From the IMG/VR virus record IMGVR_UViG_3300042691_024885: DNA of 64,000 bases. The stretch is one strand, 5' to 3'. Shown here piece after piece: positions 22,135 through 32,646 of the stretch; the stretch's first letter is position 1; every line of letters starts with the position of its first letter. This DNA is from an uncultured virus (IMG/VR IMGVR_UViG_3300042691_024885). Its lineage: Duplodnaviria > Heunggongvirae > Uroviricota > Caudoviricetes. Below the pieces are notes generated by a model. That model saw only the letters and a program-made list of their open reading frames with translations. It had not been told where the DNA came from and ran no database searches. Made by a program: the position numbers and the translations under genes.

Positions 22135-25133
22135 TGGCGGTTACAAAATATACTTGCCCACCACAAGCAAGCGGTGAAGGTAGTTTTTCTGACAATTTGG
22201 TTGGGGTACAATTAGTTGCCGGTGGAGGACTTACGCAAGCGAATTTTGAGTTTACAACAAACGTTACTGAAAAGGTTAACAGAACTTTTACTATTGGAAC
22301 ATTTTCTGATCCAATATCCTTGAGTACGTTAAATATCTCAGATATTGAACAATCAAAACTCCTTGTTGCTAAAAATTTTCAAGTATATCCTAATTACGAT
22401 TTAAGTGAAATAACAAACTTTACATTGTATGGATCGCTAGCAAAAAGAATGTCGGTATCCGTTACAAAAATAATAAATTTTTACCCTGCGGCATTAGAAA
22501 TATATTCAGCAACAACACAATATAATATTACAAAAACTGCAATTAACATACAATATGATAGTGTTGAAAATGAAACATATTTTGAAATACCATTGGAATC
22601 TATTAGAAATCCATTGGATATTGATTATACTATTGATGCTGCAAGAAATTTACAACTAAGAGAATTTTCTGTATCACCATTGAGAGATATAACATTAGAA
22701 TATCCTAAATATGGGGTCATTATAAATGATGAGGTTTATACTATTAACTCATTAATACCAACAACCGAAACAGATACAGTATTAAAATTATATATTGAAG
22801 GTAATCCTTTTAGTGGGCAACAATCATATGATACTATCATAATACGACCAACAGATTTTTATGTTAATAAGGTTTTCAATGAGGATTTTGATAAAGTTGA
22901 GAATTTTTTATTGAATAGAGATGTAAGTCCAAAATATACAGCATATTTTAACACCCCTGTTGAAAATGAATCTGGTGGATATACTTTAACGGTAAAAGTT
23001 GCAAGATTTCCTGTTAATGGTAGTTGGAATATATCAATATCTGGTACTGATTTTAATCAATATTTATTGAATCTTAATGAGATTGCAGAAAGTTTGGATG
23101 AGTACCGTACAAATTTAGTTTCAAGATTTTTAACGGCAGGTGCAATAAAAGAGTTTGATACCCAAGATCAAAAAGTTGAAAAAATGCTTCAGATCTATGG
23201 TAGAAGTTTTGATGAAACCAAACAATTTATAAGTGCGTTGGCATTTATGAATTCAGTTAACTATACGGTTAAGAACGATATTCCATCACAATTATTAAAA
23301 AATTTGGCATTGACATTAGGATGGAAAGATAACATCTCACCAATCACAAATGAACAATTATTAAATTCTGTCTTTAGTAGTGGTGAGAACACTTTTACAG
23401 GACTCTCAAAGGGACAAACACCTGAAGAATTAAATTATCAATATTATAGAAATTTAATTTTAAATTCCGCATACCTATTCAAGTCAAAGGGAACAAGAAA
23501 ATCAATTGAGATTTTATTGAGATTAATTGGAGCTCCTGATGCAATCACAGAATTTAATGAGTATGTATATGTTGCCGATCAAAAAATAAATCTAAATCAA
23601 TTTGGAGAGCAATACGCACAATTGACAGGAGGAACATACGTCCAATACACACCAACATTAGACACTACGGACATCTACTCAATCATGGGTGTCCAATATA
23701 CAGGATTTACCACTAATATAACAACGCAAGACATAAGTGTAAGAAGATCCGATTATCCAATGGATTCTTTTGGATATCCAAGTATGCCGTTAGACAGCGA
23801 AAGTTATTATTTCCAAATAGGAGGTGGTTGGATAGAGTCAACACCTCAACATAGAATGCCAGCTCAAGTTGATATTACTTTATCAACATTTACAGGTCAA
23901 AATCCTGACTATCAAACAACTTTATTACCATTTAATTATGGTGATGAGTATCTTCAAAGGTATAGACAATTCCCTTATATGGAAGTTGGATATAAAATTA
24001 GAAAAACAATAGATAATAAGAAAAGTTGGATCATTAATGAAAGTAGATTAAGAAAAAGTTCTGATGGAGGATTTAACGCTTATTATCCTGTTGGTGATGA
24101 AAGATTGGTATTGAACGTTAAAAACGTTGATATATTTATGAACCCATCACAAGGTTTAGTTTATGATGTATGGAATATGTCAAGAACATATAATTTCCCA
24201 ATACCAGAACAAGGTTTAAGATATGTACCACCAACCTATTGTGATCCTAATCCAAACACACCATACCCATCAAGAGGGGGTATTGATTGGACTGAAATCG
24301 TACCAAAACCAAAACAAAAAACATTTTTTGAGTTTGCTCAAAGTTTTTGGCATAATACGATTAATGTTAGAAACAGACAATTTATAACTGATGGTAAAAC
24401 AGGAGGATATCCAACATTACAATCAATATATTGGAAATATCTTGAATCAATGTCTTTAGCTGGTGTTGATAACGATAATTTTACATATCAAACAATGATT
24501 GATTATGTGAATGGATTGGGTGATTACTGGATCAGATTGATTGAACAAATGGTTCCGGCAACAACAATATGGAATACAGGGGTTAAGTATGAGAACTCAA
24601 TATTCCACAGACAAAAATTTGTATGGAGAAGACAAATGGGTTGTCAGATTGTTCTTGTACCTTGTAATCCTTGTTTATTGGTTGGACAAATATTCCAATA
24701 TGATTGTCCTATACAAGCATTAACTTGTCCTTTATATCCTTGGGAAGAAGGATCAAGAATAACCAATTTTGGTGGAATTCTAGGTGCAACTTTAAAACCA
24801 TTCTTAATATCAAATGGATTAACATTAGGTGATTGTGATTTAACAACACTACAAACAACATGGTATGTTAACGTTAACTTTAATGGTACTGACATTATAA
24901 ATTACCCATTCTTTAATGGATTGGGATATAATAATCCTTTATCTGTACCAACAGAGGCGGCTTGGACTGGAGCGGTACAAACGAGTTTTGTTACTTTACA
25001 AGACTATGGTTTGAGTTATGTTATAACAGGTAATAATACATTTACGGTTTATAATAATAATTGTATTCCATTAAGTGAAACACAAACATTTACATTAAAT
25101 GTGGGAATAAACTTTAATCTTTTATGTAATTAA
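22134..25133 (+). CDS. Baseplate wedge protein (gp7 / P2 gpI-like motif)
   Basis: 'LLKNLALTLGW' and 'YLFKSKGTRKSIEILLRLIG' fit the KGT-xx-I motif of baseplate protein I / gp7. Confidence 0.65.
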   Translation: MAVTKYTCPPQASGEGSFSDNLVGVQLVAGGGLTQANFEFTTNVTEKVNRTFTIGTFSDPISLSTLNISDIEQSKLLVAKNFQVYPNYDLSEITNFTLYGSLAKRMSVSVTKIINFYPAALEIYSATTQYNITKTAINIQYDSVENETYFEIPLESIRNPLDIDYTIDAARNLQLREFSVSPLRDITLEYPKYGVIINDEVYTINSLIPTTETDTVLKLYIEGNPFSGQQSYDTIIIRPTDFYVNKVFNEDFDKVENFLLNRDVSPKYTAYFNTPVENESGGYTLTVKVARFPVNGSWNISISGTDFNQYLLNLNEIAESLDEYRTNLVSRFLTAGAIKEFDTQDQKVEKMLQIYGRSFDETKQFISALAFMNSVNYTVKNDIPSQLLKNLALTLGWKDNISPITNEQLLNSVFSSGENTFTGLSKGQTPEELNYQYYRNLILNSAYLFKSKGTRKSIEILLRLIGAPDAITEFNEYVYVADQKINLNQFGEQYAQLTGGTYVQYTPTLDTTDIYSIMGVQYTGFTTNITTQDISVRRSDYPMDSFGYPSMPLDSESYYFQIGGGWIESTPQHRMPAQVDITLSTFTGQNPDYQTTLLPFNYGDEYLQRYRQFPYMEVGYKIRKTIDNKKSWIINESRLRKSSDGGFNAYYPVGDERLVLNVKNVDIFMNPSQGLVYDVWNMSRTYNFPIPEQGLRYVPPTYCDPNPNTPYPSRGGIDWTEIVPKPKQKTFFEFAQSFWHNTINVRNRQFITDGKTGGYPTLQSIYWKYLESMSLAGVDNDNFTYQTMIDYVNGLGDYWIRLIEQMVPATTIWNTGVKYENSIFHRQKFVWRRQMGCQIVLVPCNPCLLVGQIFQYDCPIQALTCPLYPWEEGSRITNFGGILGATLKPFLISNGLTLGDCDLTTLQTTWYVNVNFNGTDIINYPFFNGLGYNNPLSVPTEAAWTGAVQTSFVTLQDYGLSYVITGNNTFTVYNNNCIPLSETQTFTLNVGINFNLLCN

Positions 25134-27358
25134 TGAGTATATCAGTATATAATTATTCTGTAACGGGAGACTGTAGTAATTCTGGGGTTGGTGCAATTTA
25201 TTTTGATATAACAGGAACATCATCACCATTTTCGGTCTTTGAAACCGCACCAACTACAGGGTATTTCCCAACTTCAGGTACAACAACTTTATATTCTGTT
25301 ACAGGTATTCCTGCTGGTGAATACTCAATTACAATTACCGACGCTTCATTTAGTGCGGTTACGTATCCTATTTATATTTCTTCAGGAACTTGTGTTTCAA
25401 TAGATAGTGAAAATACAAGTTGTGGTGATTCTAATGGATCTATAACCGCAATAACACAAAATGTTTATCTATCAGGTGCTGATTTTTATTTATATGATAT
25501 AAATGATAATCTAATTGATTCGGCAACAAATGTTGGTGCAACGCACATATTCCCATTCTTATCTGCCGGAACTTACTATGTTGTTGGTGATGACGGTGGT
25601 GGATGTACAGGTAAAAGTGAATCTTGTATTGTAAAATCATCTACCACATTTACATATGGTACTTATGTTATTAATGATAGTAATTGTGAATCGTTATTAG
25701 GTACGGGTAAAATATATGTTACCGGACAAACAGGAAATCCTCCATATACCTATTCTTGGCTACCTGGAGGAGAAACAACTTCATTTATTACAGGTTTAAC
25801 AAATGGTGTTTATACTGTTACTGTTACTGATTCCAATGGGTGCTCAATAAGTCAAAATGCGGTTGTAACTACCGCATCCGCACCAAATATCGTTTCATTT
25901 ACAACCACATCACCTTCTTGTTTTTCCAATGATGGTGAGGTTGAGGTGTTGGTTGTTGGAGGTACTCCACCATATTATTTTTCAGGTTCAAATGGATATG
26001 TTGAAGTAACTTTTTCAAATACGATTACATTTACAGGTTTATCATCAGGAATATTAACTGTGATGGTTACCGATGCGGGACTTTGTACAGATATTGATAG
26101 TGTTGAATTAATAACGCCAAATGGGTTTTCAGTAGTCTCAATAACAACCACAAACTCAAACTGTAATAATAATGATGGATCTATAGACGTTTTAATAAAT
26201 GCTGGGTCACCATCAGGAACTTTTACTTATGTTTTAATTGATAGTTCAGGAAACACGGTATCAATAAATACTGCAGGTGTTAGTAATACATTCCCTTCAG
26301 TACCTTCAGGAAATTATACTGTTGAAGTTAGTAATGGTACTTGTATATATACGGGAACAACAACCGTAAGTAATACAAATCTTTTTACAATTACTGCTAG
26401 TACAACGGGAACAACTTGTGGTCTTAATAATGGATCAATTCATATATTGGCTTCATCGGGGGGTACATTACCATATACATATGAAGTAACAGGATTTCCT
26501 TCAGGGCCGGTATCGTCGTTTAATAATTTATCACAAGGATTTTACAATATAATAGTAACAGATGCGGGAGGATGTAGTCAAACTGAAACCGTTTATATTA
26601 CAGGGTCAGTCGGAGTTTATTTTGACTTTTTCAATGTCCAACCATTGGTAGGTAATGACGGAGAACTTTCAGCTTTAATAACAAGTGGGGTTCCACCATT
26701 TACACTTAATTGGTCTCCGAACGTTAATGGTCAAACAGGAACAACGGTAACAGGATTAACCGCAGGGACATATTCATTACAAGTTATTGATAATAATGGA
26801 TGTTCATTTACAAGAACAACTACATTGAATGGAACAACATTATTTACAGGATACGAGATCTATAATGTTTGTGCGGATAAATTTAGAAATACTGGGGTAT
26901 CGGGAAGAAGAGGTGTTTTACAAATGTTTAATGAAGGATATTTTGATCTAACAAGTGGTGATACGGGTTGTATATTAAATTCCGCCACATTTACTGCTGA
27001 TGTTACGGTTAATGGTGTGAATCAACAAAGTATTTTCTACACCGCATCAACAATGAATGATTATCCTACCGATGAGGAGTGGGTAACAGCGATAACCGAT
27101 CTACTTTATTCTTTTAGTGGTATAACAAGTGTTGTTGCAAATATTGAAACAAATCAAATCATTATAAAAAGTGGATGTATAACTGGAGGAACAGCTTGTC
27201 AACCAACAACAATAAACCAACTTGATGATGCGAATGTTGTTATAAATTTAATAATTAATTATGACATTTCTTGTGTATTCTGCGGTGGAGACACAAAGAT
27301 ATTCCAAGATGATGTTGAATTTTTATTTATGGATAATATAAATTATGTATTCCAATAA
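25133..27358 (+). CDS. SprB-repeat (Ig-like) fibre/adhesin protein
   Basis: Repeats of 'C..N.G.I....GG.PPY.Y.W....T..ITGL..G.Y.V.VTD..GC'. Confidence 0.75.
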   Translation: MSISVYNYSVTGDCSNSGVGAIYFDITGTSSPFSVFETAPTTGYFPTSGTTTLYSVTGIPAGEYSITITDASFSAVTYPIYISSGTCVSIDSENTSCGDSNGSITAITQNVYLSGADFYLYDINDNLIDSATNVGATHIFPFLSAGTYYVVGDDGGGCTGKSESCIVKSSTTFTYGTYVINDSNCESLLGTGKIYVTGQTGNPPYTYSWLPGGETTSFITGLTNGVYTVTVTDSNGCSISQNAVVTTASAPNIVSFTTTSPSCFSNDGEVEVLVVGGTPPYYFSGSNGYVEVTFSNTITFTGLSSGILTVMVTDAGLCTDIDSVELITPNGFSVVSITTTNSNCNNNDGSIDVLINAGSPSGTFTYVLIDSSGNTVSINTAGVSNTFPSVPSGNYTVEVSNGTCIYTGTTTVSNTNLFTITASTTGTTCGLNNGSIHILASSGGTLPYTYEVTGFPSGPVSSFNNLSQGFYNIIVTDAGGCSQTETVYITGSVGVYFDFFNVQPLVGNDGELSALITSGVPPFTLNWSPNVNGQTGTTVTGLTAGTYSLQVIDNNGCSFTRTTTLNGTTLFTGYEIYNVCADKFRNTGVSGRRGVLQMFNEGYFDLTSGDTGCILNSATFTADVTVNGVNQQSIFYTASTMNDYPTDEEWVTAITDLLYSFSGITSVVANIETNQIIIKSGCITGGTACQPTTINQLDDANVVINLIINYDISCVFCGGDTKIFQDDVEFLFMDNINYVFQ

Positions 27359-27663
27359 TGGGTCAATTAGTAATAAATAATGTTACGGGTATTACATTAC
27401 CATATGAAATTTATGTTTGTAATGTTTATGGTAATGGTTGTATATTGGTTGCAACAGTAAATACCGCAATTCCACCATCAGCAACTATTGTATTACCACC
27501 GGCATTTGATATGGCACCAGCAATTGGTGTTAAAATTATTGATGGTGTGGGATGTGAGAAATTTATGATTTTAAATTGTGTTGACCTACCACCAAAAGGA
27601 AAACAATTCCAAGATGGGGACTATTTTTATTTTATGAACTATGATATTTATCAATTCCAATAA
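27358..27663 (+). CDS. Small Cys-containing structural adaptor (YVC module plus FQD tail)
   Basis: Paralogous to 47339-47560 and the N-terminus of 45016-46224; shares its C-terminal motif with 25133-27358. Confidence 0.7.
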   Translation: MGQLVINNVTGITLPYEIYVCNVYGNGCILVATVNTAIPPSATIVLPPAFDMAPAIGVKIIDGVGCEKFMILNCVDLPPKGKQFQDGDYFYFMNYDIYQFQ

Positions 27664-27697
27664 CAAACTAACTTGTATTTATAAATAAAAAAGATTA

Positions 27698-29662
27698 ATG
27701 GCATTTTTAACAGATCAAATACCGGCAACAGGAGTAAATCTAACAGATTTATTTCATATTGTTGATCCTAATGATTTATCCCAAGGTAATCCTGCTGGGT
27801 CATCCTATAAGGCAACTTTTGGTCAAGTTATATCGGCTTTAACAGGTGGAACATCTGTAATGGTATTGAGTACTGGTGTTGGATCCGTTGAGAGATGTGG
27901 TAATAATAATGATGCGGTTGGTGATTACTCTACCGTTAGTGGTGGTTTAGATAACACATCCATAGGAAATTATAGTGTTGTTGCGGGTGGATCAGGAAAT
28001 ACCGCAAGTGCTTACTATGGTTATAATGTGATAGGTGGGGGAGGGTATAATACTGCTTCAGGAACTGGAGCAAACACGATAAACGGTGGGTTTTTTAATA
28101 TTGTTGATAGTTATTTTGGATCAACAATTGGTGGAGGATCTTTTAATAGTGTATCTGCTTATGGAGGAACAACTATAAGTGGAGGGTACTTCAACACGGC
28201 ATCAGGATACTCATCAACAATTGGAGGGGGTAATTATAATATTGCAATAGGTAATGGATCAACTGTGGCTGGTGGAGGGGGATCTTGCCCTCAAAACGGT
28301 AACCAAGCATTGGGTTATGAATCAACAATTGGTGGTGGTAATGGAAATACTGCAGCTGGGTTATCTTCATTTATTGGTGGTGGGATTAGAAATACAACAT
28401 CATCATATTTATCAACAATAGTTGGTGGTTGTAAAAACAAAACAACATCAAGATTATCGTCAATTGGTGGTGGTAATTGGAATATAACATATTCACCAAT
28501 AGATGAATGTACTTCCGCAGGGATAACAATTGGTGGTGGTTTTGCAAATAATACAACAGGTGGAACTATAAATACTACCGATTGGTCATTTATTGTAGAC
28601 CCAATACCTGTTGATGGAGGTCTATTTTCTGTTATTAGTGGTGGTAGACAAAATTTAGGAACGGGTGATTATTCTGTAATTGGTGGAGGACTTAAAAACA
28701 CATCATCGGGTTGCTATACAACAGTAAGTGGTGGATATTCTAATACAACTTTATGTGATCTAAGTACAGTTAGTGGTGGTTATAATAATAAATCAATTTG
28801 TTTTTTTTCCACCGTAAGTGGTGGGTATCATAACTCTGCAATAGGTCTTGGAGCCACAATAGGTGGTGGTTATTTAAATTTAGTGATTGATAATGGAGGT
28901 ACAATAGGGGGAGGTAATTATAATACATTAAGTGGTTATGGGTCAACTATTGGGGGAGGGATTCAAAATATAGGGTCAAATAATGGTATAACAATAGGGG
29001 GAGGTAGATGTAATACCTCATCAGGATATTTCTCAACAATTAGTGGTGGTAGGTTTAATGTGTTAATATCTGATTTCACAACAATTTCTGGTGGAGAATG
29101 TAATACAATTTTATCAACAGGTTCAACAATTAGTGGGGGTTATTTAAATACTATTTTATCAAGTGGGTCAACAATTATTGGTGGAAGCGGTAATACCATT
29201 ACACATGATTATTCTGCTGCCGTTGGTAAAGGGGTATATTCTGTTTCGGCATGTACTTTACACACTAATTATCTTGGATTACAAAATACTCCAGATTCAG
29301 ACCCAACAAACACAAATTTCTTGGTTAGAGACGTATCAACAGGCGTTGTTAAAACAAGAGCTTTAAATGCTGTATTTGAATATTATCCAACAACCGCAAT
29401 AACAACATCACAAACAATTAGTTGGGATAAAACATATTGGGGTGTTAGCGGAAGTTCAAATGTGGATCTAACTTTACCATCAACAGTTGCTAAAGATGGA
29501 TATATATTAATAATAAAGGATGAGGCAGGTACTTCAGGTTCTTATAGAATAAGATTAACACCGGCATCAGGATTAATTGATAATAATTCATACGTTGATA
29601 TGAATATAAACTATATGTCTCTTACAATAATGGTAAGAAACGGAAATTGGTATTTAATATAA
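27698..29662 (+). CDS. Gly-rich repeat tail fibre protein
   Basis: About 14-aa 'S-T-I-x-G-G-x-x-N' repeats; C-terminal 'LTLPS....G..LIIKDEAG...WYLI' domain typical of phage fibres. Confidence 0.75.
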   Translation: MAFLTDQIPATGVNLTDLFHIVDPNDLSQGNPAGSSYKATFGQVISALTGGTSVMVLSTGVGSVERCGNNNDAVGDYSTVSGGLDNTSIGNYSVVAGGSGNTASAYYGYNVIGGGGYNTASGTGANTINGGFFNIVDSYFGSTIGGGSFNSVSAYGGTTISGGYFNTASGYSSTIGGGNYNIAIGNGSTVAGGGGSCPQNGNQALGYESTIGGGNGNTAAGLSSFIGGGIRNTTSSYLSTIVGGCKNKTTSRLSSIGGGNWNITYSPIDECTSAGITIGGGFANNTTGGTINTTDWSFIVDPIPVDGGLFSVISGGRQNLGTGDYSVIGGGLKNTSSGCYTTVSGGYSNTTLCDLSTVSGGYNNKSICFFSTVSGGYHNSAIGLGATIGGGYLNLVIDNGGTIGGGNYNTLSGYGSTIGGGIQNIGSNNGITIGGGRCNTSSGYFSTISGGRFNVLISDFTTISGGECNTILSTGSTISGGYLNTILSSGSTIIGGSGNTITHDYSAAVGKGVYSVSACTLHTNYLGLQNTPDSDPTNTNFLVRDVSTGVVKTRALNAVFEYYPTTAITTSQTISWDKTYWGVSGSSNVDLTLPSTVAKDGYILIIKDEAGTSGSYRIRLTPASGLIDNNSYVDMNINYMSLTIMVRNGNWYLI

Positions 29663-29668
29663 AATAAT

Positions 29669-30889
29669 ATGTCGTTCATTTTTAACAATAAAGTTGCTTA
29701 TTCGGATAGTCCAAATATTGATGCTTTTGGTAGATTAAGAACCGCCGCAGTTCAAAATTTAGTGGATATTAAACACGTATATGATAAAAATCCATTACAA
29801 ATTAATGAGGTAACCGCAGGAACTGCAACATCCATTTTTAACCAAGAATACGCAAGAGTTAGAATGTCAACATCCGCAAATAATGATTTAGTTATTAGAC
29901 AAGGTAAAACACACCCAATTTATCAACCAGGTAAGAGTCAATTATTTCAAGCGAGTTTCTCAAATTTTCAGTTAGAAACAAATGTCATAAAAAGGGTTGG
30001 GGCTTTTACAACAATAACAGGGTCACCATACAATTCTGTTTTTGATGGATACTTTTTGGAAAGTAATGGGGTTACAAATCAAATAAGCTTTCAGATATGG
30101 AGGTCGGGCACTACAGTTTACACTGCGGCAACAACCACATGGAACAGTAATGAATTTGACCCAACAGGGATAAATTGGACTAACACTAATTTAATGTCAG
30201 TTGATTATCAATGGTTAGGTGTTGGTAGAATGAGATTTGGTTTGGATTTATCGGGTATATTAATTTATTTCACTGAACATAATTGTGCAAATAATGAACC
30301 AAATGTTTATATGTCATCACCAAATCAACCTATCAGGTATGAAATAAGACAGGTTGGGGTTGGTTCAGGTTATTTTGATATGATATGTTCACAAGTATCG
30401 ACTGAAGGTGCATTAAACGGACTATACTCAACCGTAGGTGTTATAAACTCAACAACGGCAGATTTAAATTCATCAGGTACAAAATATCCATATATTGGTT
30501 ATAGGCTTAAACAAGGTTATAAATCAGTGACATCACAATACAGTAGTTTGAGTATTTTAAACACCTCAAACGATAATTACTTAGTAACTATTGAGTTTAA
30601 CCCCACATTATCCGTAACACCAAGTTGGACAGACATACCAAATTCACCATTCCAATACTCAGTTTACAACGGAACTGTGACAACAACAATAACATCACCA
30701 GGTCACATTATGTCATCCTTAATTGGTGAATCAGGGACATCGGCACTTACAACGATTAGAGTGGATGACAATCAAATTAGAGTTGGTTCTAATGTTGACG
30801 GAACACTTGACGAAATGTGGGTGTGTATAACACCATTAAGTGCAAGTGCAACATTTTTAGGTACTGCGGAAATATTATATTATTTATAA
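29669..30889 (+). CDS. Phage fibre-associated beta-sandwich protein
   Basis: Motifs 'DAFGRLR', 'YQPGKSQL' and 'DYQWLGVGRMRFG'; sits between two fibre genes. Confidence 0.6.
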   Translation: MSFIFNNKVAYSDSPNIDAFGRLRTAAVQNLVDIKHVYDKNPLQINEVTAGTATSIFNQEYARVRMSTSANNDLVIRQGKTHPIYQPGKSQLFQASFSNFQLETNVIKRVGAFTTITGSPYNSVFDGYFLESNGVTNQISFQIWRSGTTVYTAATTTWNSNEFDPTGINWTNTNLMSVDYQWLGVGRMRFGLDLSGILIYFTEHNCANNEPNVYMSSPNQPIRYEIRQVGVGSGYFDMICSQVSTEGALNGLYSTVGVINSTTADLNSSGTKYPYIGYRLKQGYKSVTSQYSSLSILNTSNDNYLVTIEFNPTLSVTPSWTDIPNSPFQYSVYNGTVTTTITSPGHIMSSLIGESGTSALTTIRVDDNQIRVGSNVDGTLDEMWVCITPLSASATFLGTAEILYYL

Positions 30890-30907
30890 ACAAAAAAAAA
30901 TTTAAAA

Positions 30908-32560
30908 ATGCCAACACAAAAATTAACCGATAGAGTATTAGTAACAGGAGTTACACTTAACGATCTTGTTCATATTGTAATCCCAACAGACATATCACAA
31001 AATCCTGCAGGATCTTCATATAAAGCCACAATTGGACAAGTTATGAATACAATAACAGGATCAACAATTATGATTTTGGGCGATGGAGTTGGATCCACAG
31101 AAAGATGTGCAAATAATAATAATGCTTGTTGTGATTACTCAACTGTTAGTGGAGGTAGATGTAATACTGCTTTAAATACTTATTCCACAATTGGGGGTGG
31201 ATGTAGCAATTTTGCGTGTGGATCAAAATCAACAGTTGGGGGTGGTACTAAAAATACCGCTTATGGAGATTTCTCAACACTTAGTGGGGGGTATTGTAAT
31301 ACTTCTGAAGGTGTTTTATCTACACTTAGTGGTGGATATTGTAATACTTCATTTGGGTATACATCAACAATAGCGGGAGGGGCTCAAAATACAACATCAT
31401 CGTATTATTCTATTATTGGTGGTGACTTTATTGGTGGGGGACAACAAAATACCATCTCATCATATTCTTCATATTATTATAGTGGTTTAAATTTTATTGG
31501 TGGAGGACAACAAAATACCATTAATGTTTTTAGTAACTCATTTACACCGTCAGCATATAATTTTATCGGAGGAGGATTTTTAAATGTTATAACAGGTGAA
31601 AGCACTAATACTATTGTTGGAGGAGGTAGTAATTTTATTGGATCGGATGTTAGTTCATTCATAGGTGGTGGGGGAGGAAATACAATATCCCCCCAAGTAA
31701 ATTATAGTACTATAGTTGGTGGTACAAATAACACATCTAATGGATGTGTTTCTTTTATAGGTGGTGGTGATTCTAATACATCAAATGGTAATTTATCGGT
31801 GGTAGTTGGTGGAAGTACTAATATATCAAGTAAATTGCACTCAGTTGTAGTTGGTGGTTATGGAAACATATCAGATGGAATTTATTCATTCGTTGGGGGA
31901 GGTGTTGGAAATGAATCTTTTGGTGAATTTTCGTTTATTGGTGGCGGAACTACAAATACTTTATCAAGTTATGGATCAACAATTGGGGGTGGTAGATTAA
32001 ATAAAATTTTAACATCAGGATCTTCAATATCTACAATTGCTGGTGGTAGTGGTAATACAATTACCTCAACAGGATCAACTATTGGATCCACAATTGCGGG
32101 TGGTATTTTTAACACGATAATAGGTGATTGCTCAATTGTTGGTGGTGGATATAAAAATACTTCTAATTGTTGTTATAGTGTTGTTGTTGGAGGTGAGTGT
32201 AATACATCTAACAGCAGATACTCAATTATTTTAGGGGGGCAAAGTAATACGTCAAGTGGAAGTGCATCAACAGTTGTTGGAGGTATTAGTAATTTCACAA
32301 ACGGTAATTATTCTTTTATTGGTGGAGGTGGGTACAATACGTCAAATGGAGTACATACTGGAATATTAGGGGGATCAGGAAATACTATTTCAAATAATTG
32401 TTCATTCATAGTAGGTAATGGTATTACAACAGATAGAGACAATACAACATTTATGAATTGTTTATCAATTGTGGATCTACAAGATGGTGCTGGTGGATTA
32501 CCATCAGGATCTGTTTATTATTGCTCAACTGACTCTAATAGAATATATTACGTTCCATAA
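30908..32560 (+). CDS. Gly-rich repeat tail fibre protein, paralog of 27698-29662
   Basis: Shared N-terminus 'LTD...TGV.L.DL.HIV.P.D.SQ(G)NPAGSSYKAT.GQV' and GGxxN repeats. Confidence 0.75.
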   Translation: MPTQKLTDRVLVTGVTLNDLVHIVIPTDISQNPAGSSYKATIGQVMNTITGSTIMILGDGVGSTERCANNNNACCDYSTVSGGRCNTALNTYSTIGGGCSNFACGSKSTVGGGTKNTAYGDFSTLSGGYCNTSEGVLSTLSGGYCNTSFGYTSTIAGGAQNTTSSYYSIIGGDFIGGGQQNTISSYSSYYYSGLNFIGGGQQNTINVFSNSFTPSAYNFIGGGFLNVITGESTNTIVGGGSNFIGSDVSSFIGGGGGNTISPQVNYSTIVGGTNNTSNGCVSFIGGGDSNTSNGNLSVVVGGSTNISSKLHSVVVGGYGNISDGIYSFVGGGVGNESFGEFSFIGGGTTNTLSSYGSTIGGGRLNKILTSGSSISTIAGGSGNTITSTGSTIGSTIAGGIFNTIIGDCSIVGGGYKNTSNCCYSVVVGGECNTSNSRYSIILGGQSNTSSGSASTVVGGISNFTNGNYSFIGGGGYNTSNGVHTGILGGSGNTISNNCSFIVGNGITTDRDNTTFMNCLSIVDLQDGAGGLPSGSVYYCSTDSNRIYYVP

Positions 32561-32646
32561 TTCACTTTTAAGGATTTATGAATATTATTTTAATTAATTA
32601 CCTCAAAAATAGGTTAATTGATTATTTATTATAAAACACCATTTAA

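Noticed and set aside
27698..32560. Diversity-generating retroelement acting on the fibre paralogs
   Set aside because: There is no reverse transcriptase in the window and no near-identical repeat pair differing only at adenines.
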